61,963 nt of DNA, taken from positions 1 through 61,963 of IMG/VR virus record IMGVR_UViG_3300050331_000115. One strand, given 5' to 3'. Within the stretch, counting starts at the first letter, position 1; every line of letters begins with the position of its first letter. Shown in pieces: positions 19,702 through 29,630 of this stretch. The notes under the pieces are model-generated. The model made no database searches and was not told the DNA's origin. It saw only the letters and a program-made list of their open reading frames with translations. The position numbers were made by a program, and so were the translations under genes. The stretch comes from a virus. Lineage: Duplodnaviria; Caudoviricetes.

Positions 19702-19944
19702 TTAGCCGAACCCTTCAATGCCTAGTTCTGCCGCTTCTTCGTCAGACATCGCTGGTGGCTTGTCTTCAGCGCCGTGGGCCGCTTTCCAGCCGTCAACAGC
19801 CGCCTGAAACTCCCACAGGGTACAGGTGCCGACCTCCCGCGGAGACATGCCCATCACGGCGCCTATTCCGTAGAACCGGCTCCAGCGCCACTTTCCGCGG
19901 GGAAGGTCGGGGTCGCTGTTGCCGCCTCCCCCGTCGCTTCCCCC
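19702..19944 (-). CDS. Tail assembly chaperone -1 frameshift extension (gpGT-like)
   Basis: Open -1 frame ending TLWEFQAAVDGW; slippery G-GGG-GAA at 19938-19944. Confidence 0.65.
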   Translation of the reverse strand, partial: GGSDGGGGNSDPDLPRGKWRWSRFYGIGAVMGMSPREVGTCTLWEFQAAVDGWKAAHGAEDKPPAMSDEEAAELGIEGFG

Positions 19945-20255
19945 ACGCGGTCGTCCCCGTGGTCGTAAAGGGCCGCCATGAGAATTGCCTGCGCGGTGAG
20001 CACAGACAGCGACAGCGGTCGATCTTCGACGTACTGCTGGACCTTCTTGCGGGCGGCGTCCTTGGACATCCCGCCGCCCTCGATCCCGTAGCGAATGGTC
20101 GACACGACATCGTCCACGCGCCACTGCTGGTTGGCGAGCCGCGCGAGTATCCACATAGGGCCGGCATCGCAACGCTGCTCGAGCGCGCGCAGGAGGTCGA
20201 TGGTGAGGAGGAACGAGTCCTCACCCCCGGCCCATGTGAGGTCTATGGCGCGCAT
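19863..20255 (-). CDS. Tail assembly chaperone (GTA gp10-like)
   Basis: Between tail tube and tape measure genes; LRALEQRCDAGP. Confidence 0.8.
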   Translation of the reverse strand: MRAIDLTWAGGEDSFLLTIDLLRALEQRCDAGPMWILARLANQQWRVDDVVSTIRYGIEGGGMSKDAARKKVQQYVEDRPLSLSVLTAQAILMAALYDHGDDRVGEATGEAATATPTFPAESGAGAGSTE

Positions 20256-20260
20256 CTAGA

Positions 20261-20707
20261 CTACGCCTTGGCCGTCCTGGTGGGCACCCCGTCGAACTGG
20301 ATGTCGAGCTCGGCAGTGACCTTCGAGCCCCTGTCGCCCTGGTTGTTGACCGACACGAGATAGGCGGGGCCGGATTCGTACTCGGTGTCGCCGCTTTCGG
20401 CGTTAACGTGCTGGATGCGGACGTTCTTCGTGGCGCCGCCGTACCACCAATCGAGGATATTCTCGTGGCTCTCTTTCGACCAGACGCCGGTGCCGGAGAT
20501 GGTCACCTCGGACGACTGCACGGCACGCTCCACGGCCGCGGGCAAGGACTCATCGTCGCAATCCGGCACTTCCGTAGTGCTCATGTTGTGCGAACGGTTG
20601 ATGCCGCGGCCGGTGAGCCCGCACACGCGGGCGTAGGTGCCGGACGAGGCGACCCATTCGACTTCGAGGACGAACTTGTCAAAAGTGGCGGTAGTAGCCC
20701 GAGCCAT
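20261..20707 (-). CDS. Major tail tube protein
   Basis: 148 aa, VCGLT, EVPDCDD, ISGTGV. Confidence 0.85.
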   Translation of the reverse strand: MARATTATFDKFVLEVEWVASSGTYARVCGLTGRGINRSHNMSTTEVPDCDDESLPAAVERAVQSSEVTISGTGVWSKESHENILDWWYGGATKNVRIQHVNAESGDTEYESGPAYLVSVNNQGDRGSKVTAELDIQFDGVPTRTAKA

Positions 20708-20725
20708 GCGGGGTTCTCCTGTGAG

Positions 20726-20750
20726 AAAAACCCCGCTCGATGGCGGGGCT
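20726..20750 (-). terminator. Intrinsic terminator
   Basis: CCCCGC/GCGGGG stem plus T tract on minus strand. Confidence 0.7.
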
Positions 20751-20772
20751 TATGTGGTGGGGATGGTGGTGG

Positions 20773-20979
20773 TTACTTGCGCTTACGGCGCTTACGCGGT
20801 GCCGTGTCGGACGTCATGGTGACGCGCGTTGCGGCGCCCGCCGCCACCGCGGCATCCACAAAGTCGTGGACACGCGATTGCGGTTCCGTGCTGGGCTTGG
20901 CATTGAATGAGAAGCGAGACCTAGGTCTCGACCAGTTGAATTCTCGATGGAAGACCGCCCATCCCATCTGCTCATCCAT
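20773..20979 (-). CDS. Small virion-module protein
   Basis: Overlaps upstream stop; basic C-terminus. Confidence 0.6.
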   Translation of the reverse strand: MDEQMGWAVFHREFNWSRPRSRFSFNAKPSTEPQSRVHDFVDAAVAAGAATRVTMTSDTAPRKRRKRK

Positions 20980-21385
20980 CGTGAGATTCGATGCTCGCCG
21001 TGAACTGCATCGCCCCGTGAGTTGTGAGGCCGTCCGGGTCGGTCATGATGCGCTGTAGCGTTAGACGAACCTCGACAAGCGCGTTTGTGGTTAGTTCGAG
21101 CGCGGCCAGGTGCAGCGCCTTCTTGACGGCGGCGCAGACGTTCTTGCAGTGGACCCGCCCGACGGCGCGGGACCAAATGTCCAGTTGGAAATTGTGTTCC
21201 TCGCCCTCGATGCACTCCGGATCTTCCGGAACCATGTCGGATGGACCGAAAGAGATATAGGCGAGTTTGGTGCCCCATGGGTTGTCGGGGACGCGATCGT
21301 AGACCCCGTCCACGAGCGCCATGACACCCGCGTCAGCCTTGAGGGTGGTGTAGAGCAGCCGCTGCAGTTCCTCGCCGGGGGTCAT
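20972..21385 (-). CDS. Tail terminator (DUF3168-like)
   Basis: VYDRVP, YISFG, QLDIWSR, DPDGLTTHG. Confidence 0.88.
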   Translation of the reverse strand: MTPGEELQRLLYTTLKADAGVMALVDGVYDRVPDNPWGTKLAYISFGPSDMVPEDPECIEGEEHNFQLDIWSRAVGRVHCKNVCAAVKKALHLAALELTTNALVEVRLTLQRIMTDPDGLTTHGAMQFTASIESHDG

Positions 21386-21807
21386 TTGACTGCCTTTGCA
21401 ACGGCGCGCTTCACGGCTACCGTCGCACGTCGCTTAACGGACGACTTAGTGTGGCGATACGCCGGGAAGAAAAACGGCTGGGCCAGCATGTCTTGAGTTC
21501 CCAGCTCCTGGGCCATGGCGTAGTCGTAAAGCGGCGCCTTGCTGGTGTTCCGCACCGGCTTCATGGTGGTCGGGCCGCCGGCCTTGACGATCACCCCGAT
21601 GCCGCCTCGATTGAACGGCTCAACGCGGATGGAGGCGCGCAGCGTTCCTTCCTTGACCGGCACCAGCGACCTCTGACGATCGGCGAGTTTCTCGCCCGAC
21701 TCGTTCATAGCCTGCTGAAGTTCCTGCCGGGCGGCGACTGGCAGTTCCTTGAGCACTGCACGCAAGCGTTGCCGCCCCAGCAGTGCCTTGCCTTTCAGGA
21801 CCGCCAT
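21382..21807 (-). CDS. HK97 gp10-like tail completion protein
   Basis: PVKEGTLRASI, QELGT, QPFFFPA. Confidence 0.88.
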   Translation of the reverse strand: MAVLKGKALLGRQRLRAVLKELPVAARQELQQAMNESGEKLADRQRSLVPVKEGTLRASIRVEPFNRGGIGVIVKAGGPTTMKPVRNTSKAPLYDYAMAQELGTQDMLAQPFFFPAYRHTKSSVKRRATVAVKRAVAKAVK

Positions 21808-21812
21808 GCTCC

Positions 21813-22190
21813 TTACCCTTCCGTGTCTGCCACGCCCTCGGAGATGAGCATGTCGATGTAGTCCCTGCGCGATCGCGGAACGTGCGTAATAATCGCGTAC
21901 GTCTGCCCCGTGCGCGTATCCAGGCAGCGCCAGGATGGCGTCACAGCCGCACTGGCGGCGCTGTAGCGGACGGTGAGCAGATAGGGCTGCTTGCCCTCGA
22001 GGCGCGACGCCTGCACGGCCTCACCTCCGCGCAGCGCCATTCTGGCTGCTGCCGCGGTGAATTGCGACTGCCACGAGCCAACGGTATTGCCTGCGCCGTC
22101 ATCAACCTCGACACGCTTCTCGAAAGCGAAACGTTCTCGGAGGGGGCCGGCGCCTGTCTTTGTCTCTGGACGAAAGGCGCCGGTAGCCAT
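21813..22190 (-). CDS. Head closure/head-tail adaptor
   Basis: GPLRERFAFE, DDGAG, GGEAVQASRLEG. Confidence 0.85.
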   Translation of the reverse strand: MATGAFRPETKTGAGPLRERFAFEKRVEVDDGAGNTVGSWQSQFTAAAARMALRGGEAVQASRLEGKQPYLLTVRYSAASAAVTPSWRCLDTRTGQTYAIITHVPRSRRDYIDMLISEGVADTEG

Positions 22191-22607
22191 TTACACCAGG
22201 ACCACGTTCGGCGCCTGAATGTTGACGTTCAGGACGCTCGTCGAAACACCCATGCCGATGATCGCCGGATAGTCACCTGGCGCGACGTCGGCCACCGGAC
22301 AGATGCCCCCCGGAGTGCCAGATAGGTAATAGGCCACACCAGCCGCAACCGTCGCGCCGATGGTCACCGGCCCGGATTTCACGATGGAGAGCGGCTGGCC
22401 AGCCGCAGCATCGTTCAGGGCGATGCCGCGAGGTTTGCGCGCCGCAGCGGTCGCGGAGTCGGTGTCGCAGAGTTGGTACTTGCCAGTCGTGGCTTCGTCC
22501 AGGTAGACAACCTGCCCTGCGGTGATTGCGGCGCCGGCGGTTCCATGCTCAACGACGGCGCCGACGCCGGCAACGACCGACGTGGCGGTGATAACGAGGT
22601 CAGTCAA
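22191..22607 (-). CDS. Putative capsid decoration/structural protein
   Basis: AGAAITAGQVVY beta-rich pattern in head module. Confidence 0.6.
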   Translation of the reverse strand: MTDLVITATSVVAGVGAVVEHGTAGAAITAGQVVYLDEATTGKYQLCDTDSATAAARKPRGIALNDAAAGQPLSIVKSGPVTIGATVAAGVAYYLSGTPGGICPVADVAPGDYPAIIGMGVSTSVLNVNIQAPNVVLV

Positions 22608-22643
22608 TGACGACTCCTATTGTGGGGGATGGTGGCGCGGCGA

Positions 22644-23189
22644 CTAGCGCCGGAAATTGCAGAGCAGATTGTCGAACGTCGTCCGATCGCCGATTGGCGT
22701 CGGCTCCCTCTGCTCGTAGGATTCGGAGATATTGAGGATGACCGCCTGCATCACCGCAGGCGGCACGGTCGCGTACCCGACGACGGCCGTGAGCGTGATT
22801 CTCGACCCCGGAAGAATGGCCGGCCACTGCTGCCCGTACTTGAGAACGATGGACGCCTCCAGGCCATCGGCTCTAAGTTCGTACACCGTATCGGCCAACG
22901 TCTGCTCGGCGCCCGCGGTGTCGGTGTAGACAATCGACGTGACCGACTGGACTGGAGCGTCCGGAAGCCACGCCATGTCGGAGAATGCGTCGCACTTGGC
23001 CGTCACCGTTTCGGTAGCGAGCCTTATGCCGCAGTATTTCTCCACATGGTTTCTGGACGCCTCGATCAGGCGCTCGATCAGTTCGTTGTCGTCATCGAAA
23101 TCAACCCGCAACTGCGCCTTGGCGGTCGCCAAATCGATCGGCTCAGACGCCGCCGCCACCGTGACTGTCGACGGATACCACATGGACAT
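22644..23189 (-). CDS. Head-tail connector (HK97 gp6-like)
   Basis: EPIDLATAKAQLRVD, VPPAVMQAVIL, YEQRE. Confidence 0.9.
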   Translation of the reverse strand: MSMWYPSTVTVAAASEPIDLATAKAQLRVDFDDDNELIERLIEASRNHVEKYCGIRLATETVTAKCDAFSDMAWLPDAPVQSVTSIVYTDTAGAEQTLADTVYELRADGLEASIVLKYGQQWPAILPGSRITLTAVVGYATVPPAVMQAVILNISESYEQREPTPIGDRTTFDNLLCNFRR

Positions 23190-23379
23190 TCCTCTTGGGG
23201 CGCGAGCGCCTCTCGGCGGGAGGTGCGGCGGTCGCGTGCTCGATCTTCTGCTCTGCGACCGGCACCGCGAACCCCGCATTGATGATGCGCACGGCCTCAT
23301 CCTGCGGGAAGTCGCGCTCATCCCCAGGCCCGAGCGAATACTCGGACCCAGAGAGGCCGACCAACATGCGGATTAGCAT
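23143..23379 (-). CDS. Small head-module protein
   Basis: TAATG-coupled; EAVRIINAGFA. Confidence 0.65.
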   Translation of the reverse strand: MLIRMLVGLSGSEYSLGPGDERDFPQDEAVRIINAGFAVPVAEQKIEHATAAPPAERRSRPKRNVHVVSVDSHGGGGV

Positions 23380-23585
23380 TACGGGCCGGTCGAGATGGTC
23401 AGAACGCCGACGTTGCTGTAGAGAGCGCCGACCTTTGCCGGGTCAACTGTCGGAATGCCGGTGACAATGATGTCGCCGTCGGCGTCGATGGTGAACGTGG
23501 TGTCACCCCGCTTGATCACGGCGCCTGGCGCCGCAACTTCGCGGTCGCCGCCCGCATCCTTATAGATTTTGGTGTTGTAACTCAT
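23379..23585 (-). CDS. Small head-module protein
   Basis: SD GGAG; IPTVDPAKVGALY. Confidence 0.65.
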   Translation of the reverse strand: MSYNTKIYKDAGGDREVAAPGAVIKRGDTTFTIDADGDIIVTGIPTVDPAKVGALYSNVGVLTISTGP

Positions 23586-23606
23586 GCTGTTCTCCGGAGG
23601 TGGGGA

Positions 23607-23628
23607 GGGGCGGCCTCACGACCGCCCC
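23607..23628 (-). terminator. Stem-loop after capsid gene
   Basis: GGGGCGG/CCGCCCC stem; no strong T tract. Confidence 0.45.
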
Positions 23629-23634
23629 AACTGA

Positions 23635-24915
23635 TTACGCCTGAGCGAGGTGCTTGACCGCGGCAGTGTCGGAGAGCTCGCCGTCGAAGCGGATCAGCCC
23701 GGCAATGCCGAGGTCCGGCCAGAAACGCTCGCGGAGGACCCCGATAGTCGGGGTGCCGACCTTGCGGACGAAATACTTGCCGAAGTCGCCGAACAGCATC
23801 GTCTTGGCGCCGGCACCAAGGTTCGCCATGACCTGGTTGATGCTGTAGCGGTAACCCAGGATGGTGCCCGGAACGCCCTTCTGAACGTCACCGGCCGTCC
23901 AGATGTAGTTGCCGGCGCCGTCCTTCAGCTTGCGGATTGCCGCCAGCGTCAGGTCGTTGAACATGAACCGCACCTTGGGCGCGGAACGGTAGGCCGGGTC
24001 GACAGAGTGGACCAGGTCGATGATCTCGTCGTAGGTTACGGCTGCAGCCGCCGCCGCGGTCTTGCCGAGCGTAGAGGCGGTCACGATGCCGTTCGGGTCA
24101 TCGACGCCGTCGGCGGTGGTGAGTTCGGTGTTCGCGATGCGGCCGAGACGCTCGCCGAGCAGATCGCCGAGAAGGGATTCCATCGAGAAGATGGAGTCCT
24201 GCGCCAGTTCCATGGAGAACCGGACGAACTCGGTGTCGTAGGCGTACGCACCCAGATCCTTTTGCCCGAAGGTGACGTCCTTGCCGCCATCGTCAGTGAG
24301 TGCCGTAGCCTCGGTGTGCTTGCCGGCGGTCACCGCAGTGTCGTCGACCGTCGGAATCTTGATGACATTGCCGCTCGTGGTCGAAATGACCGTGCAGATG
24401 TCCTCGTCGTACATCGGACCCCACGCCTTCATCGACTTGACGATGAAGTTGGCGAGCTCGGTCGGGACGGTGTAGCCGCCGGCCGTGCCAGCGCCGCCCG
24501 TGGTCGTCTGCGCGCGGAACTCCTTGGCCGACTGAACGCCAGCTTTCAGAACCGAGCGCTCCTCGGTGGAAAGCTCGTCCAGCGAAGCGCCGGAGGCGAG
24601 ATACTTGTAGAACACCTCGCGGTATTCCGGGGGCGCGCCCTCGTCGCGGGCATCGGCCTCGACGTTCGTGCCGGTCGGGCGCTGCTTACTGCGCTCCTCT
24701 TCGGCGCGGTCTGCGAGACGCTTTTCGGCGTCAGCGACACGCTGCTCACGCGCGATCATGGCTTCGACCTTGTCGAATTCGGCCATGATGGTGTCGTGGC
24801 GAGTATCGAGTTCTGCGGAACGGGCTTCGTCGGTATTGGCCTTGATCTCGTCAAGGGCCTCGCGAGCGTCATGGACGAGCTTCTCGCGGCGTTCCTGAAG
24901 TTCCTTCAGGCTCAT
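23635..24915 (-). CDS. Major capsid protein, HK97 fold
   Basis: Coiled-coil delta domain, GGYTVP, LKDGAGNYIW, FGDF. Confidence 0.96.
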   Translation of the reverse strand: MSLKELQERREKLVHDAREALDEIKANTDEARSAELDTRHDTIMAEFDKVEAMIAREQRVADAEKRLADRAEEERSKQRPTGTNVEADARDEGAPPEYREVFYKYLASGASLDELSTEERSVLKAGVQSAKEFRAQTTTGGAGTAGGYTVPTELANFIVKSMKAWGPMYDEDICTVISTTSGNVIKIPTVDDTAVTAGKHTEATALTDDGGKDVTFGQKDLGAYAYDTEFVRFSMELAQDSIFSMESLLGDLLGERLGRIANTELTTADGVDDPNGIVTASTLGKTAAAAAAVTYDEIIDLVHSVDPAYRSAPKVRFMFNDLTLAAIRKLKDGAGNYIWTAGDVQKGVPGTILGYRYSINQVMANLGAGAKTMLFGDFGKYFVRKVGTPTIGVLRERFWPDLGIAGLIRFDGELSDTAAVKHLAQA

Positions 24916-24933
24916 TGTGGTGGTCTCCAAATG

Positions 24934-24958
24934 AAAAAGGCCCGCTAGATGCGAGCCT
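24934..24958 (-). terminator. Terminator-like hairpin before capsid gene
   Basis: AGGCTCGC/GCGGGCCT stem plus T tract on minus strand. Confidence 0.55.
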
Positions 24959-25042
24959 GTATGGTGGGGTGGTGGGTGGGATTGGCAGGACTGCCGTCCG
25001 GCCCTCCGGCGTGCGCCGGGTGACTACAGCCGCTAGGGCTGA

Positions 25043-25675
25043 CTACGGAGCGTCCTGCCGGATGCCCCGAATTCTCTGCTCCTGCCGCGCCTCGCGCTCG
25101 GCGATGCGCCGACGGGCCGCAGCAGCGTTTTCCTGCTTGCGCTTCTCCTCGGCCTGCGCTGACTCCGCCTCGGCGCGGGCGCTCTCGAGGGAGCGCAGTC
25201 CTATATCCGTGCCCTCATAGGCCGGCGTGGTAACAACAGAAACGTCGTGCAGAGATGCCTTTTTGATAGTGCGCAATGGGGGGTCTTGTTCTTCGTCCCA
25301 CTCCTGCACTTCAGCCAGGAACGCAAATGACATTTTATCTAGGTCACCGCGCTTCATTTTACCGACGATCGACCGTACATCCGGATCATCCGGATCAAGC
25401 GACGTCTCCATTTTCAAGCCGTGGCTGTCTTCGGTCAGCGTGAGTGTGCCAGAGCGGGTTCGAGCTAGAGGCAAGCCCTCGTGGTTGATGAGAAAAACTA
25501 CATCATCTCGACCAATTGCATCACGGAATGCACCCGGCTCAATCACCTCGCGAAAATAGCCACCTATGTCAGCGACTTGGCCAAAGACAGCCGCGTATCC
25601 GCTAACTTTAACGCCGTCTGCGTCTGCGCGGATCTCCGCGGGAATGCCACCGCGACGCTCGAGATTGGTTGTCAT
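25043..25675 (-). CDS. HK97-family prohead protease
   Basis: GYAAVF, FLINH, MSFAF, DVSVVTTPAY. Confidence 0.95.
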   Translation of the reverse strand: MTTNLERRGGIPAEIRADADGVKVSGYAAVFGQVADIGGYFREVIEPGAFRDAIGRDDVVFLINHEGLPLARTRSGTLTLTEDSHGLKMETSLDPDDPDVRSIVGKMKRGDLDKMSFAFLAEVQEWDEEQDPPLRTIKKASLHDVSVVTTPAYEGTDIGLRSLESARAEAESAQAEEKRKQENAAAARRRIAEREARQEQRIRGIRQDAP

Positions 25676-26400
25676 GCGGCTTGTTCCAATTCGTTGCCGA
25701 AGTTCAGGTAACAGTCTCTCCCCCATGCAGCGAGCGCTGCCGAGTCGTAAGCGCGAGCGGCGTCCTCTGGAGATGGGAAGGTGCCGAGGTGGGAAGTCAC
25801 GCCGTCGGCCTTAATTGTGGCCTGCCACTTTCTGCCACACGCATGAATGCCCTTGAAGCCGCCATTCCGGGGCGGTCGGAGCTGGGCTATTTTTCGCATG
25901 GCCTCAGATATTTTGAGTCGAGATTCCTCGCCCATTACCTTGCCGCGGTGCGCAGCGCCAATTCTTTCGCGAACCTCTGGCGTGACCAGCGCCTTCTGAA
26001 TTGCCGATAGCCTCAGCCTGTGCTCCGGTGTCATTGCTGCTGAGGCCGCAGCAGCCATCTTAGCTCTGGTCTCGGCGGTTGGAGAAAACCCGACTGTCCC
26101 GTCTCCCCCATCTGTCGAGTTTACCAATCGGGCTCCACCCTCTCGATAGGACGCGATCAGATCAACCTCCTTAGACTTAGCCTCTTGCTCCGTAAGGCCG
26201 TCCATTAGGGGCGTCATCACCACATCGGCGCCTTCGCGCCTAACTGCACCGATCCAGTTTGTTCTGTGATTTTGACGTCTGTCACTCAGATGTCTCGCCA
26301 TCCTGCGAGCCGGGGTGGTACTCGTGATGCCAACATATCGTACGTCAGATGGTGAACGGCTGTCCGCAAGCGTGTACACCGTCCAACTTTTTTCAGTCAT
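25672..26400 (-). CDS. Free-standing GIY-YIG homing endonuclease with NUMOD3 repeats and AP2 domain
   Basis: VYTL...RYVGIT, LVNSTDGGDG, ETRAKM/ESRLKIS, HLGTFPSPEDAARAYD. Confidence 0.85.
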   Translation of the reverse strand: MTEKSWTVYTLADSRSPSDVRYVGITSTTPARRMARHLSDRRQNHRTNWIGAVRREGADVVMTPLMDGLTEQEAKSKEVDLIASYREGGARLVNSTDGGDGTVGFSPTAETRAKMAAAASAAMTPEHRLRLSAIQKALVTPEVRERIGAAHRGKVMGEESRLKISEAMRKIAQLRPPRNGGFKGIHACGRKWQATIKADGVTSHLGTFPSPEDAARAYDSAALAAWGRDCYLNFGNELEQAA

Positions 26401-27674
26401 TCGGCGTTCGCCTCGTCGTCATCGTTGTCGGTGGACGGGGCCGGCGCTCCATCCTGTTGCTTCTCCTGCGGCTCCGGAGGCTGCGATCCAAGGGGCACTG
26501 TGGCCCCTTGGATGAGCAGATCGTCTCCGTGCGGCAGGGCCGGCCGGTTCTCCTTGGCGCGAACCTCGTTCGGGGTCATCTGCGCCGTCTGGATCGCCCT
26601 GGCGTACCCCTCGGTGCGGCTCTTGAAGTCGCCACGCATCAGCCCGTCGAGGTTGTGCTCGATGTACCGGCTGCCGCGGTCGCGCCCGAACACCTTCAGG
26701 TTGAGTTCGTCCTCGAACGCCTCCGTCCACTGCCCGATCAAGTGCTTGACCAGATGCAGATCCTGCTGCTCGGCGTTGTTGAGCGTGGCGCGGGTCAAGT
26801 CCTGCAAGAAGATCGGCGGCAACTGGTAGGCTCGCGCGATTTCCTCGATCTGAAACCGACGCGCGTCGGTCATCTGACTCTTTTCGGGGTCCAGCCCAAC
26901 CGCCTTGAGTTCATAGCCGGGCGGGATGGCGAACACCGCCTCGCCGGCGTTTTTGGCGCCGTCGACGGAGCGCTTGATGTCCGCCTGCGCCCGCTTCATC
27001 GCCTCCGGGCTGGCCGGAAGCGGCCCCGTAAGGGCCAACGGCGGCACGCCGCCACCGGCGAAGAAGTTGCTGGCATAATCGTTCATGGCGAGGGCCAACT
27101 GGATGGCCTTGGCCGCCAGCGTGACGGGGCCATAGTGGCTGATGCCGTCCGGCTTCAGCATGAACGGGACGTCAATCACGTCCTCGGCTGCGTACGTCTT
27201 GCTCTCGTGCGCGTAGGTTACCCGACCAGCGGTGCGCTTGATCGTCGTCTTGGTGGGGTCGAGCGGCCACATGGCCTCGACGCCACTAGAACTGCGCTCG
27301 ATCCACGCCAGCCCGCGCCCGCCGGTGAACACCTGCTGCCAGAAATACTGGCGGAACTTGAAGCTCCCCATGCCGGGGTTCGGGGCGTCGTGAACGACCG
27401 TTCCCAGCCGCCCGCCAACCTTAACCGCGTTGCCCTGCCTGTCCCGTCGATACGGGTGGAGCGGCAGGGCGGCCAGCGTGCGCGACAGGAACGCCACGGC
27501 CGCCGACACAGCCGGCACCGTGAGCGCGCTATCGATGGTGACGGCAGGAACGTTGCCATTATTGACCCCGAAGAACGCCAGAAAGTTCTCGGCGCTCACC
27601 GGGATCGTCGGATTCTCGATAGACGCCCTGGCCTCTGCCGCCTGCGATCGCGCCAGTTCGACAGAGAACTTCAT
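26397..27674 (-). CDS. Portal protein, HK97 family
   Basis: IEEIARAYQLPP, NAEQQ, TPNEVRAKEN. Confidence 0.96.
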   Translation of the reverse strand: MKFSVELARSQAAEARASIENPTIPVSAENFLAFFGVNNGNVPAVTIDSALTVPAVSAAVAFLSRTLAALPLHPYRRDRQGNAVKVGGRLGTVVHDAPNPGMGSFKFRQYFWQQVFTGGRGLAWIERSSSGVEAMWPLDPTKTTIKRTAGRVTYAHESKTYAAEDVIDVPFMLKPDGISHYGPVTLAAKAIQLALAMNDYASNFFAGGGVPPLALTGPLPASPEAMKRAQADIKRSVDGAKNAGEAVFAIPPGYELKAVGLDPEKSQMTDARRFQIEEIARAYQLPPIFLQDLTRATLNNAEQQDLHLVKHLIGQWTEAFEDELNLKVFGRDRGSRYIEHNLDGLMRGDFKSRTEGYARAIQTAQMTPNEVRAKENRPALPHGDDLLIQGATVPLGSQPPEPQEKQQDGAPAPSTDNDDDEANAE

Positions 27675-27692
27675 TCAATCATCCAATCGGTG

Positions 27693-29630
27693 TTATGCCG
27701 CCAGAAGCGAAAACTCCGGATCGTCCCACGGGGAGGACGCCGGGGTTGGCTTGGCCAACCCGTCTAGCGCCGCCCCTACAGCCATGGCGGCAGCGACCGC
27801 AGGGTCAATGCGCACCGTCGCCTTCTTCTTGGAGAACCACTGGTTTCCTAGTAGCGGGTCTGTTTCCATCGACACGCCCATAAGGGCAGTCAACGTCACG
27901 GGACTGCGCCGAATGCGGATGCGATCTTCAAGAATGAGCGCCTCGATCGCAGCCACCGAGCCTGGCATCCAGAGCCCCTGCGGGGGCTCCAATCCAAGCG
28001 CCTTGGCCTCGTCGACCTTCTCCTGCTGCGGTCTGGCCCGGCGCTTTCCGCCCTGCGGATGCGCCACCTGCGCGATCTCGACGCCGAAGTTGTCGAGTTC
28101 CTCTGCGAACTTGTCGTAGGCATAGCGGTCGTACGCCAGCACACCGATGCCGTGCTCGGTGTTAAGCCTCGCAAACAGCGCCGCAACGTGGTCGTATCGA
28201 ACCCGCGATCCTTCCGGGGCGTGCAGGTACGGTTGGCCGGTATTCTCGCCGGTGGCGTTCTTATGGAACGACTCCGCCCACAGCCGATACGGCACATGGT
28301 CGACTTTGGAACGTTCGTCCATCGTGTCGCGCGGGGTCCACGCCTCGACCCAAAGGTCGTAGGTCGGCAAGTCCGCTTCCTCGCCGTCGGCGCGTCTGAC
28401 ACGCCTGGTGCCGGTCTCGATAATGAAGGCCGCAGCCGTGAGATCCTTTGCCCCCGAGAGGTCGAGCCCGGCCGCGGTGATCTCTTTGCCGGCGTGCTCC
28501 ACATAGGGGTCGAAGTCCGCCATCACCTTTTCGAGAAGCGGGCGCGGTATCCATGCTTCGTCGCTTTCGGTCCACACACAGAAGTGCAGCCGAAGGATAT
28601 TGTTGCGCTTCGACGGGATGTCGCGCGCCTGGGCGACGACACCCTCGATATACTCGTACTTGAGCGTGACGCCGAGGAGCGGATTGGCCTTGATCCAGCA
28701 CGACGGGTCCGTAAAGGGATCGTCGTCCTTGTCTAGGGCGCAAACGTAGCTGAACGTCTCGTCACTCGACCCGAACACCTCACCAACGTAGGTGAAGTCC
28801 TCGTCAGGCGTCTCCGTGCCGGCAGCCACCTTGACTGCCCACTCGTGCTCCGCCCAGCACACGCTGTTGCGGTCAGAGCCGGAGTTCGTGATCATGAGCA
28901 GGAGCGGCTGATCGCGGAACTTGAAGCCGCGCTCGAGCATCTCGATTACCCGGCTGTCCGGGTGCTCATGGATTTCATCGCAGAGGGCGACATACGGGCG
29001 CGGGCCGCTGTGCGCTCCCTCGCGGGAAATGGGCCGGAAGAACGACCGCGTCCGCAGGTCACTGAGGTTCCATATCGGATTACCGCCAGAGGGCGTTAGC
29101 CGCGCTTTCAACGCCGGCGACTGGTCGTACATCGCGACCGCGTCGCGATAGAGGACCATGGCCTGCGCCTTGTCCTTCCCGGCGGCGTAGATTTCCGCGG
29201 CGGACTCGCCGTCGGCGGTCATGCAGTAGAGCCCTACCGCGCCGGCGCCGGGGCTTTTTCCGTTCCCCTTGGCTTCTTCGATGTAGGCACGACGAAACCG
29301 GCGAACGACCTTCCCCTCGTCGTTGGTCCGCTTCCAACCAAATATCGAGCCGTACTTGAAAGCCTGACTCGAATGCAGGATGAACGGCTTGCCCTCGAAC
29401 TGCCCACCGTTGAGGCGGAGCACGTCGCGACAGAAGCCGATAAACCTATTGGCGGCGTCGACGTCCCAGATTAGCCCGCGCTCAGGGCCATGCGCCAGGT
29501 CGTCGAGATGCCGGCGGCAGGCGTTGCGAACATGCGGGCCGGCGACTATCTCGCCGGCGACGACAGCTTTGGCGTAGTCCGTGACCGGGTCAGGTGAAGT
29601 AGTCTTCCGCTGGGTCTCTGCCTTCGTCAC
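27693..29630 (-). CDS. terL: Terminase large subunit
   Basis: AKGNGKS, DEIHEH, WIKANP, GLDLS, RIDPAVA. Confidence 0.96.
   Translation of the reverse strand: MTKAETQRKTTSPDPVTDYAKAVVAGEIVAGPHVRNACRRHLDDLAHGPERGLIWDVDAANRFIGFCRDVLRLNGGQFEGKPFILHSSQAFKYGSIFGWKRTNDEGKVVRRFRRAYIEEAKGNGKSPGAGAVGLYCMTADGESAAEIYAAGKDKAQAMVLYRDAVAMYDQSPALKARLTPSGGNPIWNLSDLRTRSFFRPISREGAHSGPRPYVALCDEIHEHPDSRVIEMLERGFKFRDQPLLLMITNSGSDRNSVCWAEHEWAVKVAAGTETPDEDFTYVGEVFGSSDETFSYVCALDKDDDPFTDPSCWIKANPLLGVTLKYEYIEGVVAQARDIPSKRNNILRLHFCVWTESDEAWIPRPLLEKVMADFDPYVEHAGKEITAAGLDLSGAKDLTAAAFIIETGTRRVRRADGEEADLPTYDLWVEAWTPRDTMDERSKVDHVPYRLWAESFHKNATGENTGQPYLHAPEGSRVRYDHVAALFARLNTEHGIGVLAYDRYAYDKFAEELDNFGVEIAQVAHPQGGKRRARPQQEKVDEAKALGLEPPQGLWMPGSVAAIEALILEDRIRIRRSPVTLTALMGVSMETDPLLGNQWFSKKKATVRIDPAVAAAMAVGAALDGLAKPTPASSPWDDPEFSLLAA

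Noticed and set aside
23650-27767. Long antisense ORFs such as 23650-24948, 26349-27767, 90-1310 and 7786-9063
   Set aside because: Shadow ORFs produced by high-GC codon bias opposite well-supported genes.
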